Below, in pieces: positions 1 to 12,069 of a stretch of DNA of 64,000 nt. The position numbers were made by a program, and so were the translations under genes. The stretch is from assembly GCA_030390025.1 (NCBI GenBank), contig CM059432.1, positions 102,674,001 through 102,738,000 of the forward strand, written 5' to 3'. Position 1 is the stretch's first letter, and each line of letters opens with the position of its first letter. The notes beneath the pieces were generated by a model. It saw only the letters and a list, made by a program, of their open reading frames with translations. It did no database searches and was not told the DNA's origin. Source of the stretch: Squalus acanthias. Its lineage: Eukaryota.

Positions 1-297
1 GAAAATGCTGCAAATACTCAGCAGGTCAGGCAGCATCAGTAGAGAGAGAAACAGAGTTAACGTTTCAGCTCGAGGACCTTTCATCAGAACAGTACTGGGT
101 TACGCTAGGTTTTGTTGCTTACTGCTGGCTCGTGCTGGACTTGTCGGGACATGGTTGGTTATGCTGAACTTAGTTTAGTTGTGCTTTTCATCAGAACAGT
201 TCTGATGAAAGGTGATCGACCTGAAACATTAACTCGGTTTCTCTCTCCACAGATGTTGCCGGACATGCTGAGTATTTCCAGCATTTTCTGTTTTTAC
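1..297. mobile_element. Penelope-like element remnant, inverted-repeat (hairpin) form, with minimal hammerhead ribozyme motifs
   Basis: 1-90 is the reverse complement of about 197-290. Each arm has CTGATGA-stem-GAAAC(G/A)TT flanked by GTT/AAC. Same family as 6340-6680 and 63464-63834. Confidence 0.7.
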
Positions 298-423
298 TTA
301 GGTGCTTACCCTGCTTCTAATCTTTTTGCCTCCAGCTCTGTTCTACAAGCTTTGTTTATTATACTGTAAGTGCGTAGGCCAATCTTTATCTTTTACTGTG
401 GTATATGGTGTCTTGGCAACTAG

Positions 424-1092
424 GGGGAAAAATTCGGTGTCGCACCTTTTGGAGCGCTAACGTTGATTAGCGCCCCAAAAAATTAGCGCCACTCCGTCTG
501 AATTTTAGTTGTAGCACCTCAAGCAGGAGGCGGGGCACTACTGGAAGTGCTCCATCTCCTTCTTAGGGCTCTACAACTGAATATCGCGGCGCTACGTGCA
601 ACAGCACCATGCGCGTCGGTATGTAGCGCCACGTCATTGCAGGCCTCCCTCCCCTGATTAAAGGGAAGGGGCCTAGCACTGTGCACTCCGGGGCCCTGCT
701 AGGTCACCGGGGAGCGGGGTGCCATGAAAACAGTGGTCGTGGCCAGCTCCCGTAAGAAAAAGTGGGAAGGGGGCAGGTGCCGGCAGTCGGCCAAAAAAAA
801 ATGGCCGCCCGACATCTGCCCTTTAAGTAGCGCTGCCGCGGCTGCAAAAATGCCACCCTGACCCTGTTGGACATATCGTCTGGCGATAGGTAAGGGGGCG
901 CAACCCAAGTTTGCGGCCGGGGTGTGAGCGGGGCGCTGCGCACGGCGATGACCTCATCGCTGGCAGCGCAGCGTCACAGGGCGCTACCAGCTGCCGCCGC
1001 CACTGAATTTTGCAGGAAGCGTCAGCGGTGCCGCGCACGGGCGTTTGGGGATTTGCGCCCCGTTAGCGCAAATCAACCCAATTTTTCCCCCC
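424..1092 (+). mobile_element. Non-autonomous PIF/Harbinger MITE (copy A)
   Basis: Termini GGGGAAAAATT...AATTTTTCCCCCC flanked by TAG/TAG. GC-rich interior with repeated TTAGCGCC/GGCGCTA motifs. Same TIR as the autonomous element at 25071. Confidence 0.75.
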
Positions 1093-1251
1093 TAGTCTCT
1101 CATCAGGGTATGAGCCTTTTCTTGACCTGGGTGTTATTATTCTCTCTCTTGCATTTCCAAACTTTTGTTCATACATAGAGATAAGATTCAAGTTTCCCTT
1201 TCGGCCACATTTGCTCCAACACTGAAAATGATAAGGGAAAGGATAGCATAA

Positions 1252-1625
1252 CAACATAAGAACATAAGAAATAGAGCAGGAATAGGCCACTTGGCCCCTC
1301 AAGCCTGCTCCGCCATTCAATAAGATCATGGCTGATCTAGGGCTCAAAGCCACTTCCCAGCCGGCTCCCCATAACCCTTCACTCCCCTATCTTGCAAAAA
1401 TCTGTCTATCTCCACCTTAAATGTATTCAATGACCCAGCCTCCACAGCTCTCTGGGGCAGAGAATTCCACAGATTTACGACCCTCTGAGAGAAGAAATTC
1501 CTCCTCATCTCAGTTCTTAAAGGGCGACCTTTTATTCTGAAATATGGCCCAGAGTTCTAGATTTCCCCACGAGGGGAAACATCCTCTCTGCATCTACCCC
1601 TCAGTATCTTATATGTTTCAATAAG
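1252..1625 (-). mobile_element. CR1/HER1-type LINE 3' fragment
   Basis: Tail AACATAAGAACATAAG followed by AATAG(G)AGCAGG...GGCC...CCTGCTCCGCCATTCAA, the same 3' end as the other CR1 copies in the window. Confidence 0.8.
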
Positions 1626-1974
1626 CATGACCATTTAAATCATCTTAAAATATTCAAACAAATCTCATGGACTTTTCCTATTCAAAAAAAACTTATTTTC
1701 TTATTCTTAAGTGATTTGCATCAGGATCCCTATCGCTACCAAATATCCATGTGTTTTTTCTACACCCTACCTCTCCAAATGTTCCATTCTTACATTTCTT
1801 CTTTCCTTACCTTCATTATAATAGTTTGCCCTAGGGCATGATCTATTACAAGCAACTGACAACAATAATATATAATGGGCCGAAAAGACAGCCATTAAAA
1901 ATTCATCCCTCTAAACTTGAGCAGTTCGTGGAACACAAAACAGAAAAAGTGCTGGTGGCATTTTATTACAGATA

Positions 1975-2636
1975 AGGGAAAAATTGGGTTGATTTGCGCC
2001 TCTCGCGAGGGGTCGCTAATGGGGCGCAAATCCTCTAGCGCCCGGGTGCGGCATCGCTAATGCCTCCCGCGAAATTCAACGGGAGGTTAGTGGCGGTGAT
2101 AGCCAGTAGCGCCCCGCAGTGCTGTGCCGTCGGCAATGATGTCATCACACGATATGTCCGACAGGGTCAGGGTGGCGTTTTTGCAGCTGTTGCGGCGCTA
2201 CTTAAAGGGCAGGTGTCGTGCGGCAAATTTTTTTTGGCCGACTGCCTGCACCTGCCCCCGTCCCCTTTTTTCCTCGGGGTGCCGGCCGTGACCGCTCAGC
2301 CTGGCACTCCTCTTGAGTGCCGGGTTGTTTTCACGTCACTCCGCTCCCCAGTGATCTAGCAGGGCCCTGGTGCACGCAGCGCTAGGCCCCTCCCCTTTAA
2401 TCAGGGGAGGGAGGCCTGCAATGCCGCGGTGCTACGTGCCAACGAGCATGGCGCTGTTACATGTAACGCCGCGATATTCAGTTGTAGCGCCCCAAGAAGG
2501 AGGTGGAGCGCTTCCAGTAGCGATCCACCTCCTGCTTGGAGCGCTACAACTGAATTTCAGGTGGAGGGGCACTCATTTATTCGGGGCGCCCCGGCGATGT
2601 TAGCACCCTAAAAGGGGCGACTCCGAATTTTTCCTC
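1975..2636 (-). mobile_element. Non-autonomous Harbinger MITE (copy B, inverted relative to copy A)
   Basis: Reverse-complement similarity to 424-1092 (e.g. 2149-2186 vs 841-878). Termini GGGAAAAATTGGGTTG...CCGAATTTTTCC. Confidence 0.75.
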
Positions 2637-2879
2637 TGTGTATAATATCACTGGAACAACCAAAGTAACTCAGTCTTTTGATTTAATTGAGCTTTTGGTT
2701 GAACAGTAAGATATATATATAGAACATCTTGTAATATGTGACATTATCTTCCGCTGGTCCAGCTTATGATTCTCTACAGGGTCTCAATGACTACTTGCAG
2801 AGTCAAAAGAATGGAAATTATGAATTACCTTAAGTATTGGCAATGTGGGAGTAAATCGGTAGGGAAAACAGAAAGGTAG

Positions 2880-4313
2880 AGTATTATTTAAATGGTGATA
2901 GATTGGGAAAAGTTGATGTACAAAGGGACCTGGGTGTCCTTGTACACCAGTCACTGAAAGCAAACATGCAGGTGCAGCAAGCAGTTCGGAAGGCAAATGG
3001 TATGTTGGCCTTCATTGCAAGAGGATTTGAGTACAGGAGCAAGGATGTCTTACTACAGTTATACAGGGCCTTGGTGAGACCACACCTGGAGTATTGTGTG
3101 CAGTTTTGGTCTCCTTACATAAGAAAATATATACTTGCCATAGAGGGAGTGCAGCGAAGGTTCACCAGACTAATTCCTGGGATGGCAGGACTGTCGTATG
3201 AGGAGAGATTGGGTCGACTAAGCCTGTATTCACTAGAGTTTAGAAGAATGAGAGGGGATCTCATTGAAACTTATAAAATTCTGACAGGGCCAGACAGACT
3301 GGATGCAGGGAGAATGTTTCCCGTGGCTGGGGGCTCTAGAACGAGGGGTCACAGTCTCAGGATATGGGGTACATAAGAACATAAGAAATAGGAGCAGGAG
3401 TAGGCCATTCGGCCCTTCGAGCCTGCTCCGCCATTCAATGAGATCATGGCTGATCTTCTGCCTCAACTCCATTCACCGGCCCTATCGCCATATCCCTTGA
3501 TGCCTTTACTAGTCAGAAATCTATCGACTTCTGTTTTGAATATACCCAGTGACTGAGCCTCCACTGCCATCTGGGGTAGCGAATTCCAAAGATTCACCAC
3601 CCTCTGTGTGAAGAAATGTCTTCTCATCTCAGTCCTGAATGGCCTACCCTTTATCCTGAGGCTGTGGCCCCTGGTTCTAGGCTCCCCAGCCAAGGGAAAC
3701 ATTCTCCCAGCATCCACCCTATCAAGCCCTGTAATAATTTTGTATGCTTCAATGAGATCCCCTCTCATTCTTCTGAATTCAAGAGAATACAGGCCTAGTT
3801 TACTCAATCTCTCCTCATACGACAGTCCTGCCATCCCAGGAATCAATCTCGTGAACCTTGGTTGCACTCCCTCTATGGCAAGTATATCCTTCCTTAGGTA
3901 AGGAGACCAAAATTGTACACAGTACTCCAGGTGTGGTCTCACCAAGGCCCTATATAATTGGAGTAAGACTTCTTTACTCCTGTACTCAAATCCTCTTGTA
4001 ATGAAGGCCAGCATACCATTTGCCTTCCTAATGTAGGACATTTAGGACTGAGATGAGGAGAAATTTCTTCACTCAGAGGGTGGTGAACTTGTGGAATTCT
4101 CTACCACAGAAGGCTGTGGAGGCCAAGTCACTGAATATATTTAAGAAGGAGATAGATAGATTTCTAGACACAAACAGGCGTCAAGGGGTATGGGGAGAAA
4201 GCGGTAATATGGTATTTAGATAGAGGATCAGCCATGATCATATTGAATGGCGGAGCAGGCTCGAAGGGCCAAATGGCCTACTCCTGCTCTTATTTTTCTA
4301 TGTTCTATGTTTC
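2880..4313 (+). mobile_element. CR1-type LINE 3' part (ORF2 C-terminus and 3' UTR), interrupted by an antisense CR1
   Basis: ORF 2903-3376 has [19 protein letters not shown]...RRMRGDLIETYKI, typical of the CR1 ORF2 C-terminus. The sequence resumes at about 4033 (GTAGGACATTTAGGACTGAG) and runs to a TTCTATG tail. Confidence 0.9.
3371..4032 (-). mobile_element. CR1-type LINE 3' fragment nested antisense in another CR1
   Basis: ORF 3463-4041(-) is the CR1 ORF2 C-terminus. ACATAAGAACATAAG tail at 3371. Confidence 0.9.
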
Positions 4314-5215
4314 TAGAAGGGATTGTCCTGCACTTCCTTGGGTCAATTATTGTAGGGAACAATTATTGTAACAGAATTTATATGTATACAGACTGATAGA
4401 ACCTAGCATTAACACACTGCTTGATAAAACTGAAGGTGGGTTTTTTAACCCTTTACAATATTTGAACCTAATCCTGTGATGTAAACCAAAGCAAAAAAAA
4501 AATCTTGGTCTAATGTTGGCCAGACTTCCTAGGAACTGTGCTGGCCCCACTGACCTACGGAGCAGCAAGTATAAATACATCAGACTGTGGAGTTTGAGAG
4601 GTGGGGGGAGGAATATATGTAAAAGTATTTAAATACATCTCTCTTTGGGAGTGGGAGGATACCTATATTAGTTGTAGAGTCTTTAGACTTGATGCTCCTC
4701 TCAGCCCTGATGACTTCAGGTTTGCATGTTTAAGTGTCCACCTGGACAGTGGTGTGTAGAAGGCAGGATTTTTTAGAAAACTGGAAATATGGACATTTTA
4801 ATTTCACTTTGGAGCTGTCATTTACAGTATTTATGAGAAGTATAACAGTAGTTTGTCAATAGTGGTCATTGACAATCAGGTAATAAAATGCAAGAAAAAG
4901 GTTTAGAATTAGAAACAAATATAGTTTGAGCCGTAGGTGGCACTGGAAGTTTGAACCCAATTTTGGAATTGCATGCAATTTTGACCACAATTTTCTTCTT
5001 TATACTTCCCTTCTCTCCTGAAGGAAAAGACTCATGTTGGGGTATAGTTTCACTGCTGCCAAATGCCCTCCACAACCTCAGCAAAGTGGTGAGTCACCAT
5101 TTGTGAGGTTAGGCAGTGAACCCAGGGGTAGTTTGGCTAATTGTAGCACTGCTGCTGTCACCCCAACTGAGATCTGCTAATTCAGTACAGAACAGAGACT
5201 GAACCCGAGACCTTT

Positions 5216-6262
5216 AAGAACATAACAGCATAAGAAATAGCAGCAGGAGTAGGCCATTCGGCCCTTCGAGCCTGCTCCGCCATTCAATAAGATCATGGCT
5301 GATCTTCGACATCAACTCCACCTTCCCGCACTATCCTCATATCCCTTGGTTCCCTTAATATTCAAAAATCTATCGATCTCTGTCTTGAATAAACTCAACG
5401 ACTGAGCATCCACAACCCTCTGGGAAGAGACTTCTAAAGATTCACAACCCTTTGAGTCCTAAATGGCTGACCCCTAGTTCTAGACTCCCCAGCCAGGGGA
5501 AACATCCTCCCTGCATCTACCCCGTCAAGCCCCTTAAGATTTTATAAGTTTCAATGAGATCACCTCTCATTCTTCTAAACTCGAGAGCATATAGGCCGAG
5601 TCTACTCAATCTCTCCTCATAGGACAATCCTCCCATCCCAGGAATCAGTCTAGTGAACCTTCATTGCACTCCCTCTATGGCAAGTATATCCTTCCTTAGG
5701 TAAGGAGACCAAGACTGTACACAGTACTCCAAATGTGGTCTCACCAAGGCCCTATATAATTGCAGCATGCCTTCTTTACTCTTATACTCCAGTCCTTTTG
5801 TAATAAAGGCTAGCATACCATTTGCTTTCCTAATTGTTTGCTGTACCCTCATGTTAACTTTCCACCCAGGTTCCTCTGAATACCAACATTTCCCAATCTC
5901 TCACCATTTTAAAATAAAAATCTGCTTTTCTATTTTTCCTACCAAAGTGGATAACTTCACATTTCTCCACATTACCTGCCATCTTCTTGCCCATTCACTT
6001 AACCTGTCTATATCTCTTTGCAGCCGCTTTCCATCCTCTTCATAACTTATTTTCCCACCTAGTTTTGTATCGTCAGCAAACTTAGATGCATTACACTCGA
6101 TCCCCTCATCGAAGTCATTGAAATAGATTGTAAATAGCTGAGGCCCAAGCACTGATCGCTTTCACAAATCAGTGTAGACTCTGCCCAATCATATTATGAT
6201 TTTCTAAGTGCCCTGTTATCACGTCCCTAATAATGGATTCTAGCATTTTCCCTACTACTGGA
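5216..6262 (-). mobile_element. CR1-type LINE 3' fragment, decayed
   Basis: ORFs 5901-6152 (SKFADDTKLGG, RT core) and 5661-5852, plus the CR1 tail at about 5216. Confidence 0.9.
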
Positions 6263-6339
6263 TGGCTCAGTATTACACAAGGTATCAAGGGCACAGCTGT
6301 CCTTGTGCAGATACCCACTGAGGCAGCAGGAGAACTATG

Positions 6340-6680
6340 AAATAAAAACAGAAAATGCTGGAAATACTCAGCAGGTCAGGCAGCATATGTAGAGAGAGAA
6401 TCAGAGTTAATGTTTCAGGTCGATGACCCTTCGTCAGAACTGGAAAAAGTTGGAGATGTAACAGGTTTTTAAACAAGTGTAGGGACAGGGAGAGGGGGGA
6501 GGGGAGGAAAGAACAAAAGGGAAGGTCTGTGATAGGATGGAAGGCAGGAGAGATTAAGAGAAAAAAGGGATGATGGTGCAAGGCAAAAGGTGATGGTAAT
6601 GGGACAAGTTAAGAAACAAAAGATGAGTCTAGATGAAGTGTAAATGGCAATGGCAGAATCATCAACAGCTGCCATGTGAG
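6340..6680 (-). mobile_element. Penelope-like element fragment with minimal hammerhead motif
   Basis: Minus strand reads AGTT-CTGACGA-AGGGTCATCGACCT-GAAACATT-AACT (about 6404-6441). Same terminus as 1-90. Confidence 0.65.
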
Positions 6681-7857
6681 AGAGAGAAAAAAAAAGGGAG
6701 AACTATGTCACTGATTTTCATCGCTACAGCATCATTATGCAAACTATTAGCACGCAGTGGTTTGGCAGACAGGTTTCTAACGTGTCATTTACCTGGAAAA
6801 ATGTACTGCACAACACTCATAGAGGGTCATTTGTACAATAGTGTAAAATGAATGTTGGCGAGTCGGTAGCCCATTTTACATCTCTCCTGCTATTCATTTC
6901 CAATGGAAATAATAGTCAGGATAAATTTAAACAGACTGCCGATTTGCTATTACCCATTTTGCACTATCACATAATGTCAAAATTACCCCCATAGATTCTA
7001 GTAAAACATAAAGTAAAACATTTTTTTTAACAGACTAAATAAATGCCTTTTTGGCATTTTATTTATGCAACTGCCGGCATGCAGGTTTTGATCCCCATTT
7101 GTTGCTGATTTCAGTTGCAGCAGGACAGGGAGGGGCCGCCCAGAGGTTCTTCTTGGGGTCAGGGAGGAACCAGAGGGAGATAAACTGTGAACCACTCGGT
7201 GTGTCTCCAAGCAGCCTGTTGAGAGCAACAATGGCAGTCACTCATGAATGGGGTTTCCCCCATTTCAGCCACAACTGAAAGCATCAACTGGGAAGGAAAT
7301 AGATACCCTTTTAAAAAAAGTATATTTTTGTCAGTGGGCTATTCTTGGAGCATAATTAGGAGGAAAGAAAGAATTATGTCACAGATCTTTGCAAATCATG
7401 CCATTAAAAGTAAATTGGATAGCTGGTTTGAATGAACATTCAGATTGCTTAAGCAGTAACTCCCATTTGTCGAGAGTGTGTGAAGCAATAAATGGCTCCC
7501 GTACTCATGGCTCTGGTACTTAATCAATGCACAAGACAGTTATTGCTGAGGATGCTCTGAGAAAATGAAGACTACTTTTACAATACTACGATGGAACTCT
7601 TTTAAAGACTTCTCGCACCGCTTTTGCAAGCAAGTCTTTTTGTAGAAGTTTTTAAAGCATAATGCAAATGAAAAGATTTTGAAATTAGCTCTTTTTAGAT
7701 ATATCCTTTGAAATGCAAATATTTTGTTAACTCATAGCTTTTGTTTAATATTTTGTATTTTATTACTCACTTTTGCTCTATGATGACATATTCAAACTAC
7801 ACAATTCAGGTACCAGTAGCTCAAGATTCATTTAGCATATATCAGGCAATTAACTAT

Positions 7858-8404
7858 AGGGTAATTTTATAAAATTGTGCTCCAGCATGGAACCTTACCA
7901 ACTAGGTTGGGAATTTGTGGCTTCACGCTACATGATTTTCAGTTCAGTAAAGTTAATCCAGAGACTTGAGCAGATAAGCCAGGCAGTAGTGAGTGAGTGC
8001 TCCGTTGACGGAAGGTACCGTCTTTCAGATGAGACGTTAAACCGAGGCCCCGTTTTCCCTCTCAGGTGGACGTAAATGATCCCGTTGCTCTATTTTGAAG
8101 AAGAGGAGTTCTCCCGGTGTTCTGGCCAACCAACATCACTAAAATATTATCTGGTCATTATCTTACTGCTGCTTGTGGGACCTCCCTGTGCACAAATTGG
8201 CTACTGCATTTCCTACTTTACAACAGTGGCTACACTTCAAAAGTACTTTGGGACATCCTGAGGCCGTGAAAGGCGCTATATAAATGCAACCTCTTTCTTT
8301 CCTTAATAGATGGAAAATCACAGGGGCATCCACCTGGCTTTCCAATATGACATCCAAGGTGGTGAGGATGCCCACTGGATGTGCAATTTTGTAAAATTAC
8401 CCCC
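7858..8404. mobile_element. Old MITE (TIR GGG(G)TAATTTTAYAAAATTG) with a nested SINE
   Basis: 7858-7878 is the reverse complement of 8383-8404. Confidence 0.55.
7957..8300 (+). mobile_element. Deu-domain SINE (SacSINE1/AmnSINE1-like)
   Basis: CCGTCTTTCAGATGAGACGTTAAACCGAGGCCCCG...CTCTCAGGTGGACGTAAA core and the AGGCGCTATATAAATGCAA tail. Confidence 0.8.
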
Positions 8405-9486
8405 TACATATGTAGTCGCTGACATTCCTGAAACTAATTCTGATGACTGGCAGCTTCTCGTTAATATATGCTTGTCCATGTGTGCCATTAACCAAACACG
8501 CAGCATAAATTATCTTGCATGATCACGTAACATTCTGATAACATAATCGGCGCCAACAAGCTTGAATTTTAAATACAACAACAGAACCACTATCACATTC
8601 TTAATTAAGGCCTTCTGACATTAAATGTAAAATTTGCTCAATCTTTCAAGCACTGCAAAGTTGAACCAATAATTTCAATATATATAATAATAGTAATATT
8701 TTCCATTTGTTCAGTGTCCATGGAAACAAATGGCTGCCACACTGTTTCAGTGCTTCTGCCTGCAGCCTTGGCAGTTAATCAGCAGAGTAGCCATTTATTG
8801 CCTCATTGAATACTAGAAATTGGAAATTATAATTTTAATAACCACTGCTCATATGATCATGATTGTCCTATGATTACATCATATGGTATTATACAACATA
8901 ATTTTCATTATGGCCATAATGATGTAAGGAAATTTTACAAATGCTTTTATGGTTTTAGATCAGTAAATAATCCTTTTCTACTCTTATAAGTGAATTTAAA
9001 GCATTGGATATGTTTTAGAGATATATTTCATTGTTTCTCTTCGCAGTCCCCCCCACCCCCAAAAAAATCTCCACTTTTCTCCTGAAGGTGCTGACTGAAA
9101 TTGGGTAGAGTTCAACTGGTAGTACTCTAGTACCTCAACTCAGTGGCCACGCTTAAAGAGTGAGCTGATACTCAGCAGGATATCTGGCTGTGAAGGGGGC
9201 ATCGCAATCAAGCCGCTGTTATCACTTGCCGCTCAAGTATGCGGGTCACTGAACAATGATCCTGGGTGATTTTTCCTTGTGATAGTTCAGAGGCGCAGAG
9301 GCCAACTGTACACCCCAATCACCAGCTTTCCTCAACACAGACTGGGACCATAGTGCTCAGTTCCATACTCGATAATGCACATAGTAACAAGTCATCGGGG
9401 TCCAGTATTATTGGTGTAACAATTTTTCCTTTAAAGCAAAATTCTATATTTTCCTAAATAGAAAGTACCTCAGAAAAGAAATACCG

Positions 9487-9895
9487 AAAGACTTGTGCCT
9501 TTCACACGCTCAGGTCTTTCCAAAGCGCTTTCCAGCCAATGAAGGACTTTTGAAGTGTAGTCACTGTTGTAATGTAGGAAATACAGTAGCCAATTTACAC
9601 ACAGCAAGCTCCCACAAGCAGCAATGATCAGATAATCTGCTTTGAGATGTTGAATGAGGGATAAATATTGACAAGGACACCAGACAGAAATCCCCTGCTC
9701 TTCTTCGAAATAGTGTCGTGGGATCTTTTATGTCCACCTGAGGTGGCTGACGGGGCCTCAATTTAACAACTCAACCGAAAGATAGTGCCTCCGACAGTGT
9801 CAACCTGGATTATGGGCTCAAGGCACTGGAGTGGGGCTTGAACCCATGACTTTCAGACTCAGAGGTGAGAGTGCTATCAACTGAGCCAGAGCTGC
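9487..9895 (-). mobile_element. Deu-domain SINE (SacSINE1-like)
   Basis: Reverse complement of the same consensus, including the tRNA-like head (GGGTTCAAGCCCC B-box on the minus strand at about 9833-9845). Confidence 0.8.
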
Positions 9896-11171
9896 TGACA
9901 CATAGGCCAGAATTTTGCCTACCTGGGCGGGTCCGGTGTGGGCGGTGTCTGTGGCGGAACGCAACCCCGCTGCTGACTCCATCCTGCTGCTGAAAATGAA
10001 CTTACCTTAATGGGGCCTATTAAACCCGCCCAGCGCGTTACCCGGCCCAATTAGATGGAGTGAGTCTGGTGACATCATTCATGACGCGTTTTCAGCCGGG
10101 ATCTTTAAAGGGACCATGGTCACATTAGATTTGAAGTTTAATCTAACATAGTACTGTTAGTGTACTACAGCATTGGAGTGCTGCAAACACTGATAATAAC
10201 TACACAGAGGCAGAGGGCTGCACCCAGGTTCTCCCAAGACTCCCTCCATATGTTTACGGAGGGTGTTAGAGCCAACAGTTCTCTTCCCTTCCCATGGGCG
10301 GAAGAGACCTCCCCAGGAGATCAACGCAGCCTGGTTGCAGATTGCACAGGAGGGCACAAGCAGGGATGTGGTCAAGAGGACCTGGGTGCAGTGCCGCAAA
10401 CATTTCAATGATCTCATTAGATCAGCAAGCGTTACTACAAAGCCACAGTCAACTGCATCCTGCTGTGCCTCTCATCACATCCCCATCGCTCTGCCTTCCC
10501 AACCCTATTCCTGCACATCCTTACTGACAGCAACATACCTTGCACCTCCACCCATCCCTCTCTCTCTATCTACATTATCACATCCCTATCTCACTAGCCA
10601 CCCCTCAAACTCACCCTTATGCTAGTGCAATCATATCAATTAATAACACACAAGGATAGCCACTTGGGTGTTTTATCCAATGTTTATGTAAAGTTTCTGT
10701 TAATGTGGTGTCAAACATAAAAATCTTTATTTTCAACACTTTCCAGTCTTGGACAGATTTGTGTGCACCTTTGGAAGTGGCTTAGTGAGTTGCAGTGAAT
10801 GGTGAGACATAACGGTACCTCCTGCAATGAAGATGAGTATGAAAGGAATGGCTTGGGCATTGTAGGGATGCTTTATGGTGTTGGTATGGGTGATGCCAAC
10901 CTGGCACATCATGTGGCATACATATGGGTGTACAGCGTAAAGTTAACTAAATCTGGACATGATGAGGCCCATCCCTGGCATCCCGGGCAGCAATGTGCTT
11001 GGGTGCAGATGCCCTCTGTCCTGTGCAGCATCAGGTGATTGCGGAGAAGTTTGGTGGTATTGTTGGTGCAGCTGGTGTGCCTGGTTCTGCTGGTGTTAGG
11101 GCTGATCGTGGTGGGATTCTGATGACCAAGGTGAGAGAGTATAAAGGGCACCCATGTTGATGGAATAGATG

Positions 11172-11398
11172 TGAGAAGTCGCACAACACCAGGTTATAGT
11201 CCAACAGTTTTAATTGAAATCACAAGCTCTCGGAGCGCTGCTCCTTCGTCAGGTGAAGTGAAGACTTCTCTTCACGTCACCTGACGAAGGAGCAGCGCTC
11301 CGAAAGCTTGTGATTTCAAATAAAACTGTTGGACTATAACCTGGTGTTGTGCGACTTCTCACATTTGTCCACCCCAGTCCAACACCGGCATCTCCACA
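11172..11398. mobile_element. Penelope-like hairpin insertion with hammerhead motifs and a ~14-bp TSD
   Basis: About 11169-11256 is a near-perfect inverted repeat of 11277-11364. The flanking direct repeat TGATGGAATAGATG is at 11158-11171 and 11399-11412. Confidence 0.8.
11277..11313 (+). ncRNA. Minimal type I hammerhead ribozyme motif
   Basis: TCAC-CTGACGA-AGGAGCAGCGCTCC-GAAAGCTT-GTGA. Stem I is TCAC/GTGA, stem II is GGAG/CTCC, the core is intact, and palindromic AAGCTT replaces stem III. Confidence 0.7.
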
Positions 11399-12069
11399 TG
11401 ATGGAATAGATGACAGGTGAAGTACAGATGACAGAAGCATTCTGTCAATGGTGAGAGAGTTCTTCCAATGAGGTGACACTGGATGGAGACTTTTCTGGAA
11501 ACACTTGCAGCCTGCAGAATCAGTGCTGGAAATGGACTGAGCAACAGCTTCTGCCTGAGGAAAGTTATCATCTGTCAGGTGGGAGCTTTTACTGTACATT
11601 TGATGCTGTCAAGTAATCAGCTGGAGCAATGGCCACTGAACTCCTGTCTCAGGTTGACAGACGTGGTTCCCAAGTGGCATGAATCCCGTGGCCATGCAGG
11701 GAAATGTTAAAAATAAGTGAAAAAAGGCTCTTAAGTGCCTGTAAACTATCTGATAATCATCTCAATTGAGTCACCCGCCACTGCCGGTCGGGTCGGCTCA
11801 GCGATGACATGGGGAAAGGTGCCTGGGAGTGAGATGACTGCGGGTCCCCGACCTGCTGTCAAAAATAACAACCATCACACCCGACCTGCCACCGATCTCG
11901 CTCGCTACCACCCCGGAAAATTCAGCCCATAGTTTACTGGTAGAAGTTACCTTTGCACTCACTCCCTACCAATAAAGCCATTTATCAGCCTTTTTGCTGC
12001 AGACCCTCGGTCCAAGAATATGCCAAGCACATCTTTATTGCAACTGTGTAATGAGTATGGATGTACTGT

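Larger units (their letters stand above)
9904..11928 (+). mobile_element. Decayed Harbinger element with a Myb/SANT pseudogene remnant (about 10190-10430); transposase not recognisable
   Basis: Termini GGCCAGAATTTT...AAAATTCAGCCC. The frameshifted peptides RQRAAPRFSQDSL and AWLQIAQE...KRTWVQCRKHFNDLIR match the Myb exon 1 of the other Harbingers. Confidence 0.75.

Noticed and set aside
4990..5215. Possible old SINE, similar to about 9070-9370
   Set aside because: Too decayed to assign a family or boundaries by eye.
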